Assembly: GCA_051453625.1 (NCBI GenBank)
Contig: JBOZIK010000001.1
Coordinates: 34,857,960 to 34,921,959 of the forward strand
Length of the DNA stretch: 64,000 bases
DNA from: Welwitschia mirabilis
Lineage: Eukaryota
Direction of reading: 5' to 3'
The notes beneath the pieces are model-generated. The model saw only the letters and a program-made list of their open reading frames with translations. It did no database searches and was not told where the DNA came from. Position numbers and translations under genes: made by a program. Shown here in pieces: positions 41,128-54,682 of this stretch; positions within the stretch are counted from its first letter, which is position 1; every line of letters starts with the position of its first letter.

Positions 41128-42189
41128 TGTTGCATTGCAAACTTGTGGTTATTTAATGGAGTTTTCTAAGATATTTTTCATAAAATTTACATAGGTTTAG
41201 GTGCAATTCTAAGAATTTTGAATAATTAATATAAGATCTTGAAAATGTGCAATTATTACCCAGATTTAATGCATTGAAGGCACATTGTAATACACAGATC
41301 TTAGAGGAATATTATTAATAGCAAAGTTAGTTTCTCCTTTGCAAAATAATTTAAGAAGATCATCTTCACCTCTGTTGTTCCTATGATAGATAAGAAGATG
41401 ATAATATTTGCTACTAATGTGGACTATTAACTCATCTACCAAGTCATCTACTAAGTCACTTGCTATAATGAGTTGTAATTCACCATGTCATCTAGACAAT
41501 AATGAGGATGACACTAACATGTAACCAACTTTGATAGTTGACCCTTGATCGTTTCGTCTATCTCTTTATTGTAAAAGAGCATGTTTTTGAAGCATCTTCT
41601 TTTGTCATTTTCTGGTAAGTTTTATTATAAATATGTCCTCCTTTGACACTCATCCTTATCTTTGTTGCAATATAAATTCTCATGATAGGAAATTTAAGGA
41701 TAAGTGATCTATCTCGAGTGTTACAGAAAGACATTCCCTTAGCGGAGGGTTGTGTATCCTTCATTGAGACCTAGCTATTTTGTAACCTAGATGTTATTAC
41801 TCTTAATATAAACTCTGTTTTTCTGATTACATATTAGTTTATCAGATGATCCTTATGATTTATGTTATCCTTAATCTGGTGATAATTTCTTAAGTTATAT
41901 AGATCATCAAGGGTAGCCTTTATTATATTGATTCTGCATTGCATTTAGATTAGATTGCACTTTGTATTTGCATTGCATCTTTTATTCTCTACATTGTTAT
42001 TTAATTCTGGTTCCCATTTATTTTATGAAAATCAATCCAAGTCTCATCTCATAGTCTTTAATGAGAATATGACACTTGGATTAACTCCCATCCATACTAG
42101 TGTATTGTATTATGTGAGAAATCTATTTTATTTTATAAATGATTAAATCCTTTCGAATATAAACACTTACACTAATACAAACCATAATA
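41128..42189 (+). repeat. 3' LTR of element D
   Basis: Begins TGTTGCATTGC right after the PPT and aligns to the 5' LTR through aataca..cataata. Confidence 0.9.
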
Positions 42190-45100
42190 CTTAGCCTTTT
42201 GACATGTAGTTTCCATGTTTATTATTTAGTTTTTTGAGCTATTTAATTAGGAACCTATGAATCTAATTTTTCATGTATTTAAAAGTTATAATGAATTATA
42301 CATTTTACAAGATAAAATCAATATTTTAACATTAACACTTATTTTCTTACCAATCACAAATCAAAATGTAGTAGTCCTTTAGGGTAAATTGATCAGTATG
42401 ACATGTTGTACATTTTTAGTGGGTTATAATTTTCATTTAATTATTTTAATTTTTTACCTTATGTGAGGACCACCTAAAATACATTTTTTATACTTTTCAT
42501 GTATTTCACATTCTTTTCACATGACTAGGTAATACAAAATGTATTAACACTTTTGAGGGGGAATAGGATATATTTTCATTTTTTTCACATTTTTAATTGA
42601 TTTTTTGGGATCATTTGAAGAATGCACATGACATATTTTAGTTATGTACTCCCAATCTTATGTGACTTATTGAGCATTGATGATTGAGTAAACTACATAC
42701 ATGTAGAGATAAATAGATTAAGATTAAGTTTAAAGCTACTGAGCATGAGATGGACCCATTAATATCACCAAAGGTGGAGTGTGTAGAGCCGATGCATCTC
42801 TCACCTCAACATGTAAGGTCTCTTACCATTCATACTACTTCTATCTATGTTGAGAGATATTTTATGGATTTTATGATCCAATTAGAGCTACAGGTAGATT
42901 AGAAGTTCATAAATTTATAGCTCTAGGGAATTCTAGATGTGCATGGAGCATATTACATTTTATAGATTGAGGAGTTTTACAACATCATGCACATGGAGTG
43001 TCATCTAGATTCTTGTGGACACCTTGTAGATATGATTGTAGCCACAATTTGAGATCATGAGATTGTATTCCTCCTAGGCCATGTTGCGATAGTAAGAGAT
43101 CTTGGTGGTATTGCAAGTGTTCACATACATTTTACTAGTGGGTTAGAGGAGCATTGTACATATGGTATGGCATTAGATATACTAGCAGACTTGACTTTAA
43201 ATAAGTGAGGAGTTTCGATGACATAGTTAACTCCTACTTATCAGATTTTACATAGAGGATTGATTCACAGCATTAGGTCATCCTTTCATGATAGTCATGC
43301 TATGGTGACTCATCTATATATCTTAGCAGTCCTTAGGTAGGATGAGTAGATGGACTTATCCATATTTATATGGAGAAGACTCAGGACTAGGATAGAGGCA
43401 TGACAATTACAGACTTTAGGAAATTCATGCCTCCTCTTATTCATGTTTAGATACTTCAAGATACTAGAGCCTATGGATGAGCAGTGACTCATACACATAT
43501 AAACTTTAGATCATCACTTAGAGAACATGGCCATATAGGTGCTAGGAGAGGCAGATAGATCTCAGGATTAGAAGCGTATGGTTCACACTTCACTAGAGCA
43601 AATTCAGGACCTTCTGACAGAGGCCACTAAGACCATCATAGGTTTTATTAACTGAGGTATTTTAATAGTTAAGTAAGGATCTAGACAATTAATCAGAGAT
43701 ATAAATAGTTAAGAGGAGAGTTCAGCACACTAAATAATAGCTTATGGATATGCAACAGCATGCCTTACAAATTAAGCATAATGTAATGGTAGATATCCCA
43801 GAGACAGTACACGTGTAATAAGACAAGATAGCACAGACCATTATAACATTATTAAATCATCATTTCCCTATCTAGTCTGAGCATCCTTCTTCTTTTCCTC
43901 CTATACTTAAGCCTGCCACACACTAGACGTTCATCATGATATGATGAGGGAGTGATTTTTTATTGTATTTTTATATCTTCTTCTCCATATATTATATCAA
44001 ACTCNNNNNNNNNNNNNNNNNNNNNNNNNNNNNNNNNNNNNNNNNNNNNNNNNNNNNNNNNNNNNNNNNNNNNNNNNNNNNNNNNNNNNNNNNNNNNNNN
44101 NNNNCATAGAGGAATAATTCATAACATTAGCCCATCCTTTCATGATAGTCATGTCATAGTGGCTCATTTATAGGTTTTGACAACATTTAGGCAGGATGAG
44201 TAGATGGACTTACCCATGTTTATATAGAGGAGACTCAGGTCCATGCTAAAGGCATGATAGTTGTAGACTTTAGGAAATTCATGCCTCCTCTCAGTCATGT
44301 TTAGATGCTTTGAGATACCAGATCCCATGGATGAGCAGTAGCTTGCACACATACAGATTTCATCTTGCTACTTATAATACATGGATATTCAGGTANNNNN
44401 NNNNNNNNNNNNNNNNNNNNNNNNNNNNNNNNNNNNNNNNNNNNNTTAGAGTAGATTCAAGCCCTCCTGGCAGAGATCACTGAGACATCAGAGGTTTCAT
44501 TATTCAAGGTATCTTAATACTTGAGTAGAGGATCCAAAAAATTAAGTAGAGGATCTAATATGTCAACACATCCTATCTATTGAGTAGAGTGTAATAGTCA
44601 ACCTTCATAGGTAGTTTGAGTATAGGGAGATGAGATTATACATTCTATCTCAACATTATTGGACCTTTATTTTTCTGTAGACTTTGAGCATTCTCCCTCT
44701 TCTCTTCCTAACTTGAGTCTATCATCCATCTAATTTTTATCATTAGATGACAAGGGAAGTGATTTATTTATATTATATTTTGTATCTTTCCCTGTATATA
44801 TATTATACAAAAAACTCATGATAATACATATATATTACTTTGAGTTTTAACATGATGTACATTTCTTTGTATTTCATACATATTTACCATTTTTTCACTT
44901 CATGATGAGGATCATTTATATTTCCTGTAATCATTTTTTTTATCTACTATATATTTTAGTAGAGGGGCTATTGATTATTAGTGTATGTAATGATTATCTT
45001 TTTAAAAATTTTTGTCATAGGTTTCTATTTTTTAATAACATTTTTTTAGCTTGTCATCCCCTATATCATCTAGATGATAACCTAGACGATAGTACGGCTA

Positions 45101-46537
45101 GTGCACTACACAGATGAATTGTTTAGTTATCCTTTTTTTCGATAATCTAGTTTGCATCTCTGAGATTTCTCAAATTCTTTCTGAGATTATTTTACAATGC
45201 TTTAGTTAGTTTTATTAATAGTTAAGTTGGCTCATAATCATGATTATCTACCTAGTTTTATCAAAGATTGACAAGGCTAAGTAAAGGGTTAAGTTATTTT
45301 ACCAACTTGTATGTATTTAATAGGATATTTTGAGTAGTTTTGTAGGACATTAAACAGGTTTATACTGAATTTGAATGATAATGGAGAGCTAAGACAAATG
45401 ACATAAAAACATTCAATCTTCATTACATTTTACAACATTCGAGGCAATGTATAATAGTTCCTTTTTGAAGTAAAAATTCTACAAATAATAAGGCTAATGT
45501 GATGCATGAAGAACTGTACAAGATCCTATCATCCACCTTATTGTCTGAATGAATGTATGGATGATAAAATATTTAAGCAAAGAAAGATATTGACTAAAAT
45601 CAATCTAGCAGCTACTGTGAAATTCTTATGAGGTAGCCTTGTCTCTTATATCATTCAGATGACTAACAAGATGATACTAGAAGTAGATGCTTCACCAAAC
45701 TTTAGCCATTTATCTCATAATTCTTATGTAGTTATTAGGGTTATCCTCACACCTTTTAGTTTTTTCCATTTATAAAGTCTATTTTGAAAATAAATATCTT
45801 CTTCACCCTCAAATCCATTCTATCATTGTTTATACTATACATTCTTATGGTAGGAGATCAAAGAAATAGAGATTCATACATTATTATTACAAAAAGATGT
45901 ATTCCTTAGTATGGGGCTATGCATCCTTCATTAAGGTACTGCTACTTTGGAATACAAATGTTGTTCGATTCTAATTCAAAACTCATCTTTTATTTTTATA
46001 TCTTTATTTTGTGTATGTCTCTTATGATTTATATTAATTCTAATTTTATAATAGATTCTTTAATGATATAGATCATAAGGGCAACCTTTATTAAGGTTGA
46101 CATTATTAGTTTAGGTGCATCATATTTTCTCTTCTAGATTAACTTTTTATTGTTTTTATATTATGTTCGATGTACTTGATTGCTTAGGTTGTTCTTGATC
46201 TAGTAATGACATTTTCTAATTAATCTAGGTTATACACGGTTGATCTCTATGAAAGGTTGATTTAGTACTTGGACAGAAGTTGCAATTAGTTTAGATTTGC
46301 ATTTTATTTATAAAAGTTCATTTGCATTATTATTTCTACATTGTTATTTATTTTTACTATAAGGATATCACTCTAGAAATCAATTCTCTTTCTTCTCATC
46401 TATGCCTTTAACAAGAATATGACATTTAGATCACTTCCATCTATATTAGTGTATTGTGTTATAAAAATTATCTATTTATCTATGAATGACATGATCTACT
46501 TAAGAACATAATATTTTCACAAAGACACATTACAATA
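42190..46537 (+). mobile_element. Athila-type element E, right part: degenerate extra (env-like) ORF region, PPT and 3' LTR (about 45292-46537)
   Basis: The PPT context gattgacaaggctaagtaaagggtta matches that of element D, and the LTR ends acacattacaata like D. A coding-like stretch at about 42640-43700 reads GFYDPIRATGRLEVHKFIALG. Confidence 0.7.
43252..44800 (+). repeat. Diverged direct repeat: about 43252-44000 vs 44105-44800
   Basis: Shared blocks such as catcctttcatgatagtcatg, ggatgagtagatggactta and gactttaggaaattcatgcctcctct. The paralogous antisense ORFs 43310-43498 and 44164-44352 reflect the same repeat. Confidence 0.88.
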
Positions 46538-48760
46538 CTACATTATTACTAAGAGGAAATTCAAAATAATTTTGGATTTCATGTTAAGTATAATGTTATC
46601 TTTTGAATTAAATGTTCCTATTATGATTGGTACATTAGGAGAAGCTACTTATTCTTTTGAATTGAATTCAACATTGATGAAGAAGAAATAAAATTATTTA
46701 CTTCCATTCTATTATTTTCACAGTCTTCTTTTAAAAAAAAATTGGTTCTGAAATAACAAAAGTATAAAAATATTATTTTTCAATTCTTTGAATTTATGTA
46801 CATAGGGTGTGTGTATCTAGATTTTGTTTATAGTTGAATAAGCCTCTTCTAATAATTTTCTTAATTAAGATTCAGCTTTCTAATATTTCATCCTTTTATC
46901 AAAATTTATCTTATCTCTACATAATTAGAAAAATGCTTGTAAAAACATCATCTTGCTCATTATCCAAATGATATTACTAGATTACTAATAGGTATGTTTT
47001 GTGAAAAACTAAAAAATAGAACTAGGGGGAAAAATTAAAACAAAAGTACAAATGGAGTATTATCAACTTTGTCATCTAGACAATGGTTGAAATGATAATA
47101 ATAAAAATAAAAATAAAAAACCTAAATTTTTTGCAAAAAAATGAGAAATCTTCAGTATGAACTATTATCCTACTAAGTCATCTAAACAACCTAAGGAACA
47201 ATATCAAAATTCTTATGCTACCAAAAGTTAAAAGTAGAAAACCCTAGTTGACAGAAAAAGAAAAACCTTGTTACAAGTTATTATGTGCCTTTATCATCTA
47301 AATGATAAAGGGGATGATATAGCATTATTTATGATACAGAAATAAAAAAATGTGACAAGAAAAATTACAAAACCTAGAGTAAAAAAATAGCTCTACCTCA
47401 AATGAATAACCTGAATTAAAATCTAAGGCATGTATTTGTGGTAATGATAATCCTCTAGCTTCTTATAGCCTTCCCTAGAAATAGAGTCAAAATGTTATTG
47501 TGCATATTTATGTAATCATTACATCCTTAAGTAAATCCTATAAATCACAAATACTTGCATAAGAATCATGCTAGTATAGATAAGAGTTAACTCGAATGTT
47601 GTATTTTGTCAAAGGCACTAAGGTGCAAAGTTAAGTAATTGATTTAAGTAAAATATTTTTAACATTTTTTATTTAAATCAAGAAACAATAATAATGTAGA
47701 ATAAAAATGCAAGATAAATGTAAATGCAATAGTTATAGATAAGATGCAAATGAAAATATACTAAGTAATAGATCTATTTGACTACCAATCTTCATATCAT
47801 AAAGATCACTCCTTAAAACCTAAATCAATAAAGAAATACTATTACTAAAATATAATCAATTTAAGTAATAAGGCACATTGAATAGAGTATAATGAAATGA
47901 AAATATTCTAGTTATAGAAATGTAATAAGAAATGGAGTGCAAATACTAAACTAAGAATATTAATCTTAACAAAGACTGCCCTCATGATCTAAATTAATTA
48001 TGAAGCTATTATGAAATCATAACCAACATAAACCATAAGAGAAATGCAAATAATAGAAGTAAAGAAATTATTTTATTAATCTTAAATCAAGCATTCACTT
48101 ATAAAGAAACAACACCTCAATGGAGGATACACAACCAAACACCAAGAAAGACTTATCTCTATAACTATTGGTGAACCTCTTATCCTTTGATCTTTCATCA
48201 CAAGATTGTTAAGTGTAAACGATAGTCTTAGTAATAAGGGAAAAAGTATTTATTTGTTTTTACATTAACATTTCTAAAAATAGAAGACCTTAATGGCTTT
48301 GACAAAACCCTAATGACTTAAAGAAGCACATGGAATCATTACAAAATTAAATTTATCATTACTTATAAATAAGTGTTGTTTTAAATATTGTTCAGATGTT
48401 GGAGGGGAATGCCACATTAAAAAAAGATGAGATCAACTTTTAGCTCTAGTCTAAGTCAACATTCTTTTTAGCTTGGGATGTGCTATTGTGCAATACTATC
48501 ATCCAGATGACTAAGGAAACATCACTTTTTTTGCATTCTTCAATTAAGTATTTTTAGTCTCCTTAAACATTAGACTTCTTTTTAGAATGATAAATGTTAT
48601 AATTTATTCTAAATGCCTAAAAAAAAGCTAAGGATTGCATATTTCCATGATAATTCCATTGACTCCTCATAATCATTGAAACTCCACATAAAATTAGCTA
48701 AATGTCCTATGAAAGTATTCAAAATACCCCTTCAAACACATATAATTTGACATTATAACA
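46538..48760 (-). mobile_element. Athila-type element F: 5' LTR (47493-48760), decayed PBS and leader
   Basis: The LTR runs tgttattgtg...cattataaca on +. The minus strand after the LTR reads TTTTGACTCTATTTCTAGGGAAGGCTAT, like the PBS context of D (..CTAGGAAAGGCTATT). Confidence 0.78.
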
Positions 48761-51700
48761 ATTATCCTCTTTATTGTCAAGATTTTTTAATTTATATTTT
48801 TCTTTTCATATTTTTTTGATATCATATAGGGTGCTAATGATAAAGATTTTAAATCCTTTTCAGATAAGTTGAGTTTCAAGACTAGATTAATGATATTTAA
48901 TTCTTTACTTTTGATGTTTTTAATATATGCCTTACTTATTTACTTTTAGTAGATTTAATTGAGATTCAAGGCTTAATCACATTTTTTCTAGAATAATTCT
49001 AATTGTATCATTTTTTTCCTTATCCTTATTTTTTATTTCAAAATCCTTAATCATCCTCTTAAGAGTAGGCATTTGTATTTCCATGAAAAGAAATGTTTTT
49101 GATTTGTAGACTAGTTTACATGGTATTGATCCAGTGATAGTTTTTATTATTATTTAATAGATCCATAGTGTGAAGCTCAAGTTTTTATGCCATAACTTCT
49201 TATTTGTTTGAATAAGTTTCTTTATATGTCTAATTATCGTTTTGTTTGTAGCGTTGGCTTGACCGTTTTCTTATGGATATATGAATGAAGAGAATGAATA
49301 TTTTACATTAAACTTTGTAAGAAATAATCTAATTTGGTTAATTTGAATAGAGGACTATTATTAGTTATTAAAACATAAGGGATTTCAAATCTCATGATAA
49401 GTTCTTCTAGGACGAAGTTTTGGACTTGTTTCATAGTAATTATTCATAATGGAATTGCTTTAACCCATTGACCCATTTTGAGAAGTATTTAGTTACTGTT
49501 AAGATAAAGGCATGTGATTAAAATGAAGGTGGATTTACTAGCCCTATGATATTTAATCTCCATTCTTTAAAAATCCAGATGAGGTTAATTGAGTGTAATA
49601 CATTTAATGTTTGATGTAGGACTAAGTGTAAATTTGATATTTATGATAATTTTTAACATAATTGACACAACTTTGTTGTAAAATTTTCTAATAATACCTT
49701 GATTAAATGATGTAAAAAGATAATGATTTTGTTCCCTAGTGTCTTTCATAGGAGTTGGAATGGACTTCTTTTAATATTTTTGATGCTTTAGAAGATTTAA
49801 GGCAACGTAATAAGACACCATAAAATGATCTTTTGAAAAGTTGATCTTGGATTAGGGAGAAGTTTATTGCTTTCATTCAAAAGTTTTTATTTTGAGAACT
49901 AGTGAAACTATCAAGTAGTATTTGATCTCTTAAATATTACATCATGTTTTCATATCAATCATCTAATTAGATTTCATTTCTTATGACCTTTGAACATTCT
50001 TCTTGTTTAATGTCTAAGATTTCACTTTCTTTCCATTCCTGCAAGTAGGACTTATATATTTCTAATATGTTTATAATTTCTTTCATTATTAAATCATGTA
50101 GAGAATAGTTGGCAAAATTGGTTATGTAATCTACTATTTTATTTTTCCTTCATGAAGTTGACTTAATTTCATAGTTATCCAATTGGGATGTACTTTTCTT
50201 GGTTTCTTTCAAATACAGTTGTAGATTTGTGAATGTACATTTATATGTTTCAATGACTTGATTAATCATGAGTTGAAAATCTCCAATGATTTTCAAGTTG
50301 TTTAGCCCTAACTAGATGGATATGTTAAGCACTCTTAGTAATGCTTCATACTTAACTATATTATTTGTATATGAAAATTTAAAATTAAATGACATGGGCA
50401 TGTAAGTTTTATATTCCGTTTTGATTTTTTGCTTTGTCAAAATACATGTAGATATCCTACTTATCTCCTTCTTTCAAAAATAAGATGCATTCATCTAGGA
50501 CTTAATCATTGGATACATTACTTTCTTCTTTTTCTTGTTGAGGTAATTCTGCTATATGTTCTATGATGCATCTTCCTTTAAGTAAATTCTATGATTGAAA
50601 TTATAAATTAATATTATCTAAGAATGAGGCCATTTTGTTAATCTTCTTCTTTTAATTGAAAACTTAAGTATGTATTTTAGTATATTTTTATTACTGATCA
50701 CTATTATCTTCCCTTCAATCATGTAATACCTAAATTTCTACTAGGGAAATTCTAGACTTAAGCATTTTTTTAAATATTAGAATAATTCTTTTCATATTAA
50801 TGTAGTATTTAACATATGTAGTAGATTGACTTATCTTTGTAATCTTTTTTAATAAGTTCTTAATCTTTTTGAATGCTTCTTGGAATTTTCCATTCCAATT
50901 GAAGTTTGTGTTCTTTTTTAATAAGTTCATAAATGGTTTACACCTATTTGTTAATGTTGAGATAAAACATATCTTATTAATTATATTCTACTTTATATTC
51001 CCCTTAAGTCTTTCCATTTCTTAGGTGAAGGCATTTTTGTTATCGCTTTGACTTATTGGCGTCTATATCTACCTCAATTTTTAATATCATGAATTCTAAT
51101 AGTCTTTTTTATTAGACTCTAAAGATATATTTTTTGGGATTTAACTTCAAGTTATATTTCTAAGATATTTAAAATAATGTTTCTAAGTATTGAGGCTGTT
51201 GATTAGCCTATTATGATTTTACAACTATACATTAATATAGTCTTCAACAAATTTGTGCATTAAGTTATGTCACAGATAAGTCACAGCTTGTTGATAAGTT
51301 ATGCTATTATTCTTTAGTCCAAATAGCATCATGACATAATAAAATAGTTCCAGTGGAGTTATGAAGATGGTTTTATATTGATCTTTGGGATTGATAAAGA
51401 TTTGGTTATAGACTGAATACCCATTCATAAAATATAATAATTCATATCTAACTATATTATCTATCAAAATATCAATGTTTGGTAGGGGTTAGTCATCCTC
51501 AAGGATGACTTTATTTAAATTTTAAAAATATATATGTATCCTAATACTTATTCTTCTTTATAATTATGACCATATCTTCTTTAATTATTAAATTAATTTT
51601 GGGGTTTAATTTTCTAATCTTTTGATTGATTAGGATTATTCCTAGCTTGGTTACAATGTTATGCATGATTATAGATTTACTTATGCCTAGCATGTCTTTG

Positions 51701-52236
51701 TAGTATCATGTGAAAACATTCCTATACTTGAAGAGAACCTATTATAGTTCATCCTTCAAATTTATCAATAAGGCTTGATTGATTTTCAATGATTGATATT
51801 TGTCCTAAGGATTGATACAAAAGTCATACATTTCTATGTTTTAAAAGGTAGATAGAGACATTGTAATTTTGTGGCTCTTTACATCTTCATAGATTAATTG
51901 GTCTTCACAGTCTTCATCTCAATTACTTTCCAAGGTGAAATGAAAATAGATAGAAAGATGTTGGTTTAGGTGTCTAAACTTGTGATTATTTTAAATGAAT
52001 TCTGATGAATCTATGATCTTCTTAAGTGTTGCAATATTACCCCATTTTCTACTTTTCTTTTTCTTTTTTATAGTGAAAATAACTTCTTTTAATTTTTTTC
52101 ATATTGTTTAAACATTTACAAATTGTTTTATGAAATGTAGGTATATAAAGCAAGAAAGTTAATTCTAATTCTTGGCACATTTGGCCTAACTAATTATATC
52201 AATAAATTAACACCATGAATTTAGTCTTCTTTTGTA

Positions 52237-52288
<52 letters not shown>

Positions 52289-52296
52289 CATATGCA

Positions 52297-52363
<67 letters not shown>

Positions 52364-52450
52364 GTGTGTGTGTGTGTGTAAAGTGTTGTTATTATAGCTT
52401 TAACTTTATAAAGAAAGGGGGGAGGCTTCAAATTATTGACTTCCAATGGT
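48761..52450 (-). pseudogene. Degenerate pol of a Gypsy Tat/Ogre-type element (PR-RT-RH-aRH-INT)
   Basis: RT LLYFMNGYSVYNQI...MMLFGLKN (ORF 51270-51467); aRH TNNIVKYEALL...IIGDFQLMINQV (~50150-50450); integrase LWHKNLSFTLW...TGSIPCKLVY. Confidence 0.9.
52236..52380. repeat. Imperfect (TG)n microsatellite
   Basis: About 145 bp of TG repeats with a few TA/CG/CA interruptions. Confidence 0.98.
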
Positions 52451-54682
52451 TTATATTCTTCACAAAAAGCATGGGTTAAGAGAAAGAAACTGGCATGTAA
52501 AGGGTTTTCTTTTGGTATATTACATCACAATAATTTCTTACTTCATTGAAAGAATTTGCATGGTAGTTTGAAGTGCATAGGAAGAAATCTTTAAAAAGTA
52601 AACCATGGTGAATAAGTATTTATCTTGTAGAATAGGTTTCTTTTTGGATTTTGGCATTTGCCATTTTTATCCTAATTTATAAGCTTAATTTTATCTATCA
52701 CAATGGAAGTGATTCATAAAAGAAGATGGTGTTAAAAGGTTTTCTAGCTTTATAGCATAGTAAACCTTCATCTAAAACTTATTCGAAAGAAAGAGGAGAT
52801 GAAGAAGTAACTCCAAACGGAAAATTTGTTGGATCTTCATCTTTGTACATACCGATTATGGAAGAAGAGTCAGATAATTTAGACAATGTTGAGATCACAG
52901 ACTTTCAACTTGGTGTATGTTTGGACATAGTAAGAAAGAGGAATATGAGATCAAGGAGTAAGGTAATAGAGTTTGAGAAGATTGAACTACATTTGAGGTC
53001 CAGTTCTTCAAAGAAGCATAAGATTTAGGAGGATAAAGAGGAATTATAGTGTTTAATGTCAAAAAAGTAGAGTTTGACATTTATGAGAAAGCATGTTAAG
53101 AATGCAAACTTGGCTGACGTTTTGGAGTAGAAGCCATATTGGAAAGAAGAGTTGGTTCAAAATAATTTGTTTAATTTACTTTTTTTTTACATGTGCAATC
53201 ATTTTATACCTTTTCAATTTTAGATATAGTGTGGTATTTTTCAAAGAGAATAAGACTAATGAAGTTCATTTGAGACAGTAAATGTATTTCAATTTCCATC
53301 AATCATTTAAAAGAGATTTTTGATTTAGTAAATGGCAAAGACCATATAAAAAATGAGTAAGTTAAATAGAAAAGGATCAATCTTTCACATATTTTGGAGT
53401 TAAATCCAAGCTAGAATTTGATTTTCTAGATTTTGTTAACTTATTTTTGTTTAAGAGTGATGCCTAATGGTCACTCTAATTATTTAAGATTCATAGTTTA
53501 GATTTTCAAAATCCTATATTCTATGTTTAAAGAAAGAAAATTTTTAAATGATGATCTTGAATGAGGTCAAGGATGTCTTAGACGATGGAACATTTTAAAA
53601 GAAGCTAAGGGTACACTTTCCCCTTTGGTTTTCAATTGAATTACTTTCTCTTAAATTACATTTGCAAATTGTTATCTTTAAGTGGTAATAGGAGATTGTC
53701 TTGGTGAGATATTTTTCAAAGGTTAAAGATGGAGAGAGTTTCATCCAGATTGGTGAAATGTCTTTAAATCTATTAAACATTTCAAGTAAATTTGGGATTA
53801 AATCTATAGGTTATGAATTTGATAGGAAAGATAAAGTTCTCTAATAGAAGTTTGCTCTCTGACTTACTAAGTCATTGAGATTTCTAGCTTGTGATAGTAG
53901 TGGTCTTTTATCTTTTATGATGAATAAAAAATTGGAAACTAAGGGAGATGAAGAAGTGCCTTAAGAAGAGACACAAGTGCTAGAGGAAGTCTCAGAGAAA
54001 CTTAATGTTGTCATTGACTCAGCTTTGAAAAGAGGTATGGGAAGTACCCCTTTTTTAAGGAATGGATTATGCACATTTATCTTTTCTTTGGATTTTCAGT
54101 AACACTGATTTTCAAGGTAACGAATTTTAATGAGATACATTTCCCTATAGTAGATAAAGAAGAGGAACTCAAGATTAAAGATGTGAGCCTAAAATATGCT
54201 TAATTTGTGATTTTGATTTTAGACAGTGCTTATTAATTAATAGTTTCTTCATTTTCCCTTTTTCGTGAATTTAGATGTGCATTAATATAGGTAAGGGCTT
54301 GAAATTTATTTACAAATCTAAAAAAAAGGCCTATGTTAATTTGTAAGTCTTGTTGTAAATTTCAAATTAAAAGACATCTCTAGGAGAATAGAATGGTAGA
54401 GCTTGTGAAATAGGGGAAGCATAAAATAGTATGTACTCTTTTTGATAATTCTTTGTTAAATCTTTTTCTTTTATTTAGTGAATGACAACATAAATCAACA
54501 AAGATTGATTGATTGAAGACATAAAAGATGGAATTGAAAAAGAAAAACCATGAATTAAAGGATTTGAATTTTGGTTTAATGCATAAAGTTGTTAAGGAAA
54601 TTTCAATATTTAATTCCTTTGATGAAGATGAGGATTTAATTAATTTGTCTTTTCTAGCAAAAAAGGTGAATTGTTCGAAAGG
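52451..54682 (-). mobile_element. Probable upstream (gag-side) region of the Tat-like element, very degraded
   Basis: Contiguous with the pol remnant. It has coding-like composition but no unambiguous motif. Confidence 0.35.

Larger units (their letters stand above)
34333..42189 (+). mobile_element. Non-autonomous Athila-type element D (LTR-PBS-gag-protease-3'UTR-PPT-LTR), ~7.9 kb
   Basis: Paired LTRs; PBS TAGCGCCATTGCTAGGAA at 35370; PPT-like AAAGGCTAAGTGGAGGG at about 41108-41124; TSD CATAG/CTTAG (4/5). No RT, RH or INT motifs are seen. Confidence 0.9.

Noticed and set aside
52207..52479. His/Thr- and Cys/Val-repeat proteins
   Set aside because: These are translations of the (TG)n microsatellite.
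53200..53400. A second protease-like motif (MIDGN) on the minus strand
   Set aside because: It is too degenerate to distinguish from chance without a profile search.
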